Assembly: GCA_002422525.1 (NCBI GenBank)
Contig: DIWA01000077.1
Location: 62,096 to 126,095 of the forward strand
Direction: 5' to 3'
Length of the DNA stretch: 64,000 nt
Source: Candidatus Hydrogenedentes bacterium UBA6118
GTDB taxonomy: Bacteria > Hydrogenedentota > Hydrogenedentia > Hydrogenedentales > SLHB01
Shown: positions 57,596-64,000 of the stretch, piece after piece
How positions within the stretch are numbered: the stretch's first letter is position 1
Layout of the letters: the number at the start of each line of letters is the position of its first letter
The notes under the pieces: generated by a model
The model's input: the letters and a program-made list of their open reading frames with translations, nothing else
The model's database searches: none
What the model was told of the DNA's origin: nothing
Program-made: the position numbers and the translations under genes

Positions 57596-59430
57596 GCGTG
57601 AGGTCCCGCATCGGCCTGAAGTGTCCCATTTGTCTGGTCCTTGGTACCGGAATCATGCTCGAGAGCCCGTGGAATGGCAGCGGGTTCCGGCCTTGGGAAA
57701 TCGGCATAGACCTTCTGAAGGAAGCCCTTGATGCTCACAGGTAGTTCGGAATAGTGGCACATGTCAATGAGCCGTCCAGCGGTTCCGTCGCCCTTGCGAC
57801 CTTTCAGGAGGCGATGGCACAGGCCCTTCACGCTATCATCGTTTGGCCGTTGCGTTGGGATGCTGACGTTTCCCTGTTGACCGAGTTCCCGAATCTCATC
57901 CAGAAGCTGCCACTGACGGTCAATAGGCACCTCGGCAACGAGCAGAGCCTCCGCGCCCGGGTAATTGGTCTCATATGGCAAGTGGAAAGCGCCTTGCAGG
58001 TCTGTGGTCTCATCAGTGGATCGATGCTTCCTGTCGTAGAACGCGTAGGTCGAGAGGCCTAGGCTCTTGAAGAACTGGCCGAAGGCCGGTAGCGCCCCAT
58101 CGCCGTCCGAGGAGAACACCGTCACACCAGACAGATCCAGCGGATAGTACGCCTCATCCGCAGCCTCCATTTTCTCCGAGACGGCCCACAGGGCGATCTG
58201 TTCCGTGAGTCCTTCTGCGACGATAACTGCTCGGCCCAGCATAGCCTCGCAGAGACCTCGTCGCGCATGCTTACGGTAGGTCTTGGGCTTGATGGCTTCA
58301 CCAAGGAAGATCGGTGCTGCTATGAGACCAGCCTCGTCGGAACGCCGCAGGATCTGGATCTGCGAAGGCTCAAACTGCTCAATGACGTAGGGGGAGTGAG
58401 ATGTCACCAGACACTGGCTGGTTCTGTTTACCAGGTAGTTGACGATCCGCCTCTGCGTATGCGGCGGCAACGCAATCTCTGGCTCCTCCATGGCAAAGAT
58501 GACGTTGCTCCTCTTCAACTCGGCGACAAAGGAAAGGAGGGCTAGAACTAACGTGTTCAACGTGCCCGCCCCAACATGCTGAAACGGCACGGGTTCCTGG
58601 TCCGGAAACATGGTGAGAAAAAAGGACAACGTCTTGCGCAGATGCTCCCGCGTCAATTGTGAAACAAAGAGTTTGGCGCCCGATTCCTTACCTTGGGTGG
58701 GAATGTACTGACCAAGACGTTCCTGAAGAGACGCTAGTACTGGTTGCAGACCAACTGCGTCGTCGTCGATTGGCGGATCAAGGTCGTGCAGCCGCTCGAT
58801 GGTCTGTTCCCAGAGACCTGTCCGAATGCTTCCGAGGCGCAGAATGGTATCCAGAAGAGAACCCCGCTCAAGGCTGAGCGCCCGCGAGCCAGTTCGTAAC
58901 GCGCGCAAGTAGAGGAATCCGAACATGCGCTTGACGGTCCGGCTTACCACCTTTCGCTCGCCTTCCGGTGCGTCTGGGCTGTGGGAGAAGTAGGTCTTTG
59001 CCTCGAACTCATCTTCCTCCGGGTCGTATCTGCCAATGCTCTCCAGGCGGAGGCACGTCTCAACTTCCGATGCGTCCACCAGATCGGCCTCGCCCTCAGC
59101 CAAGAGGCGGTGCTCCGTGGTGTGCCAGAACTCAAGATGGGTACCGCAGGTGCTGGTGACTTCATCCGTGAGGCCGGTCAAGACAACCTCAACGCTAAGC
59201 CGCCGAGGCGTTTCCTGGTCCTCCTCAAGGTAGCGAGCGTTGTAGAAGTCAAACTCCTCGACTGGAGGGGACTTGGCAAGACGGTCAGGGCCGAGGACGA
59301 GGTCAAGAGCCTCGCAGACCGTGGATTTGCCCACGTTGTTTGTGCCGACGAGGAGAGCATGTCCACTGAAATGAAGAGTGGCATCAGCGATGCCTCGGTA
59401 GTTGGTGATCTTCAGTCGTGCGACACGCAT
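57592..59430 (-). CDS. gajA: GajA-like OLD-family ATP-dependent endonuclease (ABC ATPase + Toprim)
   Basis: N-terminus RLKITNYRGI...LLVGTNNVGKSTVCEAL (AAA_15/AAA_21); D-loop AMEEPEIALPP; C-terminal Toprim VIVAEGLTE and SSDGDG; 4-bp overlap with gajB. Confidence 0.8.
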   Translation of the reverse strand: MRVARLKITNYRGIADATLHFSGHALLVGTNNVGKSTVCEALDLVLGPDRLAKSPPVEEFDFYNARYLEEDQETPRRLSVEVVLTGLTDEVTSTCGTHLEFWHTTEHRLLAEGEADLVDASEVETCLRLESIGRYDPEEDEFEAKTYFSHSPDAPEGERKVVSRTVKRMFGFLYLRALRTGSRALSLERGSLLDTILRLGSIRTGLWEQTIERLHDLDPPIDDDAVGLQPVLASLQERLGQYIPTQGKESGAKLFVSQLTREHLRKTLSFFLTMFPDQEPVPFQHVGAGTLNTLVLALLSFVAELKRSNVIFAMEEPEIALPPHTQRRIVNYLVNRTSQCLVTSHSPYVIEQFEPSQIQILRRSDEAGLIAAPIFLGEAIKPKTYRKHARRGLCEAMLGRAVIVAEGLTEQIALWAVSEKMEAADEAYYPLDLSGVTVFSSDGDGALPAFGQFFKSLGLSTYAFYDRKHRSTDETTDLQGAFHLPYETNYPGAEALLVAEVPIDRQWQLLDEIRELGQQGNVSIPTQRPNDDSVKGLCHRLLKGRKGDGTAGRLIDMCHYSELPVSIKGFLQKVYADFPRPEPAAIPRALEHDSGTKDQTNGTLQADAGPHA

Positions 59431-59591
59431 CGGCTATGGCCTCCTACCTCCTCTCTCGGAATGCAGAGAGACGTCAGCGCCCCTATTGCCTGAACACGGA
59501 ACGGCAATGGCGAGGCGGATCTAGCCACGCTGTGCACCGGGTGTCAGTGGCACATGGGTAGCTGCTTGTCCGTCAACTCCAGGCGGTTCCT

Positions 59592-59630
59592 TGATGGCAT
59601 ACTCCAGCATGGGGCGCGTTGTCCAGCAGG
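59592..59630. repeat. 39-bp direct repeat, copy 2
   Basis: identical to 55730-55768; 161 nt upstream of gajA start. Confidence 0.9.
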
Positions 59631-59784
59631 GGCCAGTGCCTGGTTCCACGTCGATGTGCCGATCGTGCCGACCTCCGTGCTCGCCTTGTCGCTGCCGAGG
59701 CTGTGGTATGCTCGCGGGGAACGGCACGGGGGCTCTGTGGAGCACGGCGCCGGGCGGGGCGAACTGTGAGGAGGGGTTGCGCGG

Positions 59785-60933
59785 ATGGCGGGGTTGAGGT
59801 GGACGACGCATGGGGATTTGGCGATCCGGAGGACGCCGACGGTGGGGCGGGAGGAGTTTTTGGATTTCATGACGTTCCGCCGGAATGACCGTCCGCTGTT
59901 CACGGAGATCTTCGGGCCGTTGATCGGGTTGAAGGAGGAGTGGGAGGCGCAGGGGGCGACGCCGGAGGAGTTGGGTTTTTCGGCGTTCCGGTATCGGTGC
60001 GAGGGGCGGGGGATGGTCCCGGTGAACACGGGGCGGAACGGGGGGTATCCGGAGGAGGCGATCGCGGAGACGGATGATCTGAAGGTGTGGCGGGACGGTC
60101 TGGGGCGGGTGATGACGCTGGCGAAGGGGCGGTCGACGTTGCCGATTCCGAAGTCGCATCCGGTGCGGACGATGGAGGACTGGCTGCGGATCAAGCCGTG
60201 GTATGGGTTTTCGGAGGAGCGGCTGGCGGGGGATTGGGAGGCGGCGGCGCGGCGGATGCGCGCGGAGGATCGGGTGGTGTGCGCGGCGATTCCGGGAGGC
60301 TTTGATGAGCCGCGGCAGTTGCTGGGGGAGGAGGGGTTGTGCATGGCGTATTGTGAGCAGCCGGAGCTGGTGCATGACATTGTGCGGACGATCGGGGACA
60401 CGGCGGCGGCGGTGCTGGACCGGGTGTCGGCGACGGTTCCGATCGACATGTTGTGCGTGCATGAGGACATGGCGGGGCGCACGGGGCCGTTGGCGGGGCC
60501 GGAGCAGGTGCGGGAGTTCATTGCGCCGTACTATCGCCGGGTGTGGGATATGCTGGCGGATCGGGGCGCGCGGCTGTTCGACCAGGACAGCGACGGCGAC
60601 ATGAACGCGGTGATCGATGCGTTTCTGGAGGCGGGGGTGAATTGCATGCACCCGATGGAGCCGGCGGCGAACATGGATATCGTGGCGGTGCGCGAGAAGT
60701 ATGGGCAACGGCTGGCGATGTATGGGGGCATTGATAAGCATGTGCTGCGGCGGTCGCGGGAGGAGATCACGGCCGAGCTTGCGTATAAGATCCCGCCGAT
60801 GGTGCGGACGGGCGGCTGCGAGCTGGCGCTGGACCACCGCATCCCGAACGGGACGCCGCTGGCGGCTTACCGGTTCTATATCGCGAAGGCGTGGGAGATC
60901 ATGGAGCGGGAGGGGGGATCAATCCGCGAATGA
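59785..60933 (+). CDS. uroporphyrinogen-decarboxylase (URO-D)-family protein (MtaA/CmuA-like)
   Basis: 382 aa; overall URO-D-like layout; weak assignment. Confidence 0.45.
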   Translation: MAGLRWTTHGDLAIRRTPTVGREEFLDFMTFRRNDRPLFTEIFGPLIGLKEEWEAQGATPEELGFSAFRYRCEGRGMVPVNTGRNGGYPEEAIAETDDLKVWRDGLGRVMTLAKGRSTLPIPKSHPVRTMEDWLRIKPWYGFSEERLAGDWEAAARRMRAEDRVVCAAIPGGFDEPRQLLGEEGLCMAYCEQPELVHDIVRTIGDTAAAVLDRVSATVPIDMLCVHEDMAGRTGPLAGPEQVREFIAPYYRRVWDMLADRGARLFDQDSDGDMNAVIDAFLEAGVNCMHPMEPAANMDIVAVREKYGQRLAMYGGIDKHVLRRSREEITAELAYKIPPMVRTGGCELALDHRIPNGTPLAAYRFYIAKAWEIMEREGGSIRE

Positions 60934-60952
60934 ACGCGAGTGGACGCGAATG

Positions 60953-60973
60953 GGGAATGGGGAATGGGGAATT
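60953..60973 (+). repeat. (GGGAATG)x3 microsatellite
   Basis: three tandem 7-mers just after the URO-D-like stop, preceded by two CGCGAATG copies. Confidence 0.7.
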
Positions 60974-61111
60974 GCAGGGGCGCGGGTTCTCCGCGCCCGG
61001 CGGGGAGTGGGGCGGAGTTTGCTTCCGTCTTGGCGTTGCGCGGATCATGGGAGCGGAGCGCCGACGTCCGTCGCGCGCGTGAGTCATCGTGCGGGCATGT
61101 GAGGATTTGTA

Positions 61112-63805
61112 ATGCAGGAACCGCATCGCCAGAGCGCCGAAGAGGTGCTGAAGGAGCATGGAACATCCGCGGCGCAGGGCCTGTCGACGTCCGAGGCGAC
61201 GCGCCTGCTGAAGGAGCATGGGCCGAACGAGCTGATCGAGAAGGGGAGGAAGAAGGCCTGGCAGATTCTGTTGGCCCAGGTGCGGGAGGTCATGATCCTG
61301 ATTCTGGTGGGCGCGGCGGTCGTTTCGGCGGCGCTGCATGAGTACATCGATGCCATCGTGATTCTCGTCATCGTGGCGCTCAACACGCTGCTGGGGTTCT
61401 GGCAGGAATTCAAGGCCGAGAACGCGATGGCGGCGCTGAAGCGCATGGCGACGCCGCATGTGCGGGTGCGGCGCGACGGCGCGGAGCGGGAGATTTCGGC
61501 GAAGGAGCTGGCGCCGGGGGACATCCTGATCATCGAGGCGGGAAACATCGTGCCGGCGGATGCGCGGTTGATCGCGGCTGCGAATCTGAAGGTTCAGGAG
61601 GCGGCGCTGACCGGCGAATCCGAATCGGTGGACAAGGATGCGGCCGCCCTGCCGGACGGCGATCTGGCCCTGGCCGACCGCAAGAACATGATCTACCGGG
61701 GCACGGTGGTGACCTACGGGCGCGGCGAGGCGGTGGTGACGGGCACGGGCATGCGGACCGAACTGGGCAAGATCGCCGCGATGCTTCAGGACGTTGAGGA
61801 TGAACAGACCCCGCTGCAGCGGCGGTTGGCGAAGCTGAGCCGATCGCTGGCCATGGCGGCCGGGGTGCTGGTCATCATCGTTGCGGGCATGAACTATCTG
61901 CAGGGCGCGGGCCTGAAGGGAATCTTCATGACGGCCATCAGCATGGTGGTGGCGGCCATCCCCGAGGGGCTGCCGGCCGTCGTGACCATCGCGCTGGCCC
62001 TGGGCGCCCAGCAGATGCTGAAGCGGAACGCGCTGATCCGGCGTCTTCCGGCTGTGGAGACCCTGGGCAGCGTGACGGTGATCTGTTCCGACAAGACCGG
62101 CACCCTGACGCAGAACAAGATGACGGTAACGGAGGCGGTGCTGCCGAATCGGCGCCACGCCCTTGATGAAGGGGCGGACGAGCTCGGCGGGGACGCCGAT
62201 CTCCGCCTGCTGTTGCTGGCCGGGACGCTGTGCAACGACGCGGTCATTGATGAGGAGGCGCAGAACGGCGTTCTCGGCGATCCCACGGAAGGCGCGCTCG
62301 TGCTTGCGGCCCAACAGGCGGGACTGGTGCAGGGCGATCTGCAGACCTTGTTGCCGCGCGTTCGCGAGCTGCCCTTCGATTCCGAGCGCAAGCGCATGTC
62401 CACGGTGCACGCGCTGCCATCGTCCTCCGAGGCGACGACGTTGCACCCGGCGCTCGCCGCTGAAGGCGAGGGGCGCGCGGAGTATCTGGTGCTGACCAAG
62501 GGGGCGACCGATGGTTTGATCGAGGTGTGCAGCCGGATTCTGGTGGACGGCGCCGTGGAACCGCTCAGCGAGGAAAGAAGCGCGGAGATATTGGCCGAAA
62601 ACACCGCGATGGCGAAGCGCGGCATACGGGTGCTGGGTCTGGCCTATCGGTTGTTGGACGCCGACGAGCTGGACCAGCCGCAGCGTTACGAGCGGGAGCT
62701 GGTCTTTCTGGGCATGGCGTGCATGCTCGATCCGGTGCGTCCTGAAGCGATCGAGTCCGTTCGGCTGTGCAAAGAGGCCGGGATTCGCCCGATCATGATC
62801 ACCGGGGATCATCCCCTGACGGCTCTCGCCATCGCCAGGGAGCTGGGGCTCACGACTTCCGATGCGGTGCTGACCGGGCAGGATCTCGACAGGATGACCG
62901 CGGATGCGCTCAGCGCCCGCATCAACGAGGTGTCCGTTTTCGCGCGCGTGTCGCCCAAGCACAAGATGGTCCTCATCGACGCCCTGCAGGCGCAGCATGA
63001 GATCGTCTCGATGACAGGCGACGGCGTGAACGATGCGCCGGCGCTGAAATCGGCCGACATCGGCGTGGCGATGGGGATCACCGGCACGGACGTCAGCAAG
63101 GAATCGTCCGACATGGTCTTGCTGGACGACAACTTCGCGACCATCGTCGCCGCTGTCAAGGAAGGGCGCCGCATCTACGACAACATCCGCAAATTCGTCA
63201 GATACATCCTCACGGGAAATGCGGGCGAAATCGTTGTCATGCTCACCGGCCCGTTGATGGGCATGCCGCTGCCGCTGCTGCCGATTCAGATTCTGTGGAT
63301 CAACCTGGTGACCGATGGCGCGCCGGCGGTCGCCCTGGGCTTCGAGGAAGCCGAGCGCGATGTGATGAAGCGCCCGCCGTACGATCCGCGGGAAGGCATC
63401 TTCGCGCGCGGGCTGGGCTGGCGGATTCTGATCATGGGCCTGATCATCGGCCTGATCTCCGTCGGGACGGGGTACTGGTTCTGGGACGGCGAGACCGGTT
63501 CGAACGCCTGGCAGACCATGGTGTTCACCACGCTGACGTTCTGCCAGATGGCCTATGCGCTGTGCGTACGCAAACAGACGCAGTCGCTGCTCGCGCAGTC
63601 CTGGTTCAGCAACCCGATGCTGCTGCTGGCCGTTGGCGTCACGCTCGTCCTGCAGTTGATCCTCATCTATGTTCCCTTCTTCAACACCGTGTTCCGCACC
63701 ACGCCCCTGCGCCCGATGGAACTCGCCGTCTGCGCGGCTGGCGCGCTGGTCATTGTCCTGATTTCCGAGTTGGAGAAGCTGTTCGTGCGCATTCGGCAAC
63801 GGTGA
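61112..63805 (+). CDS. cation-transporting P-type ATPase (P2-type, Ca2+/Mg2+)
   Basis: DKTGTLT phosphorylation site, [15 protein letters not shown], 10 TM layout; cation-ATPase N-terminal domain. Confidence 0.9.
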   Translation: MQEPHRQSAEEVLKEHGTSAAQGLSTSEATRLLKEHGPNELIEKGRKKAWQILLAQVREVMILILVGAAVVSAALHEYIDAIVILVIVALNTLLGFWQEFKAENAMAALKRMATPHVRVRRDGAEREISAKELAPGDILIIEAGNIVPADARLIAAANLKVQEAALTGESESVDKDAAALPDGDLALADRKNMIYRGTVVTYGRGEAVVTGTGMRTELGKIAAMLQDVEDEQTPLQRRLAKLSRSLAMAAGVLVIIVAGMNYLQGAGLKGIFMTAISMVVAAIPEGLPAVVTIALALGAQQMLKRNALIRRLPAVETLGSVTVICSDKTGTLTQNKMTVTEAVLPNRRHALDEGADELGGDADLRLLLLAGTLCNDAVIDEEAQNGVLGDPTEGALVLAAQQAGLVQGDLQTLLPRVRELPFDSERKRMSTVHALPSSSEATTLHPALAAEGEGRAEYLVLTKGATDGLIEVCSRILVDGAVEPLSEERSAEILAENTAMAKRGIRVLGLAYRLLDADELDQPQRYERELVFLGMACMLDPVRPEAIESVRLCKEAGIRPIMITGDHPLTALAIARELGLTTSDAVLTGQDLDRMTADALSARINEVSVFARVSPKHKMVLIDALQAQHEIVSMTGDGVNDAPALKSADIGVAMGITGTDVSKESSDMVLLDDNFATIVAAVKEGRRIYDNIRKFVRYILTGNAGEIVVMLTGPLMGMPLPLLPIQILWINLVTDGAPAVALGFEEAERDVMKRPPYDPREGIFARGLGWRILIMGLIIGLISVGTGYWFWDGETGSNAWQTMVFTTLTFCQMAYALCVRKQTQSLLAQSWFSNPMLLLAVGVTLVLQLILIYVPFFNTVFRTTPLRPMELAVCAAGALVIVLISELEKLFVRIRQR

Positions 63806-63884
63806 TGCGGTCTGGGGCAGGGAGGCGTCCGCGAACAAGCGCGAACGCACGCGAATGCGAGGGCGACTCGTGAATAGGGCGATT

Positions 63885-63907
63885 GGGGCGATTCGTGAAT
63901 CGCCCCT
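63885..63907. repeat. 10-bp perfect hairpin GGGGCGATTC-GTG-GAATCGCCCC
   Basis: 80 nt after P-type ATPase stop; no U-tract. Confidence 0.5.
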
Positions 63908-63970
63908 ACGCCGGGGCGGCGCAGGGGGGTGCTGGGGATGCCTGGGCGGGGGCGGCGCGGCCGTGCCGAC

Positions 63971-64000
63971 GCCATTCGCCATTCGCCATTCGCCATTCGC
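63971..64000 (-). repeat. (GCGAATG)x4 microsatellite running into window edge
   Basis: GCCATTC repeated four times on plus strand, i.e. GAATGGC on minus, opposite in orientation to the 60953-60973 copy. Confidence 0.7.

Noticed and set aside
55700-59500. Integrated prophage or integron as the origin of the repeat-flanked segment
   Set aside because: No integrase, recombinase, attC-like structure or phage structural gene is present between or beside the repeats. Only the two defence genes are enclosed.

Overview
This is a very GC-rich bacterial chromosomal segment, gene-dense on both strands. I support about 48 protein-coding genes and no rRNA, tRNA or CRISPR. Most raw six-frame ORFs longer than 150 aa are antisense or off-frame artefacts of the GC bias. 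Examples are the 2060-4063, 5999-7531 and 12625-14253 ORFs.

The gene content is mixed:
- **Housekeeping:** aspC-like aminotransferase, nitroreductase, maf, divIVA, proC, rlmB, mrp/apbC, smpB.
- **Secreted CAZymes:** GH5, GH38 alpha-mannosidase, a GH13-like protein, a pectate-lyase-fold beta-helix protein, a tandem alpha/beta-hydrolase esterase and a sugar ABC importer.
- **Regulation and signalling:** an ECF sigma/anti-sigma pair, a Ser/Thr kinase fused to a formylglycine-generating-enzyme domain, a 5TM-PAS hybrid histidine kinase with a stand-alone receiver, a Fic AMP-transferase and an NfeD-flotillin pair.
- **Transport:** a TetR-HlyD-ABC-2 efflux operon and a P-type ATPase.

The most interesting part is an accessory/defence region at 52.4-59.7 kb:
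- an orphan AbrB/MazE-type antitoxin;
- an HNH endonuclease plus a small ORF;
- a Gabija-like pair: a GajA-like OLD-family ATPase/Toprim nuclease and a GajB-like UvrD helicase. The helicase reading frame is broken inside a G8/C8 homopolymer, and the pair is bracketed by two perfect 39-bp direct repeats.

The second unusual locus, at 4.0-6.2 kb, holds two tandem cassettes, each ordered small PKD-like protein, MNT nucleotidyltransferase, HepT. A roughly 0.5-kb near-identical block lies inside otherwise diverged paralogues, which suggests gene conversion.

Other non-genic structure includes a composite hairpin-repeat array upstream of an ABC exporter, textbook TTGACA-N17-TAGAAT promoters, and AT-rich palindromic operators in front of a Ski2/Hel308-like helicase-wHTH fusion, Fic and TetR.

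The phylum guess is an inference only: the FGE-kinase fusion, CAZyme load and GC content resemble the PVC group (Planctomycetota or Kiritimatiellota-like).
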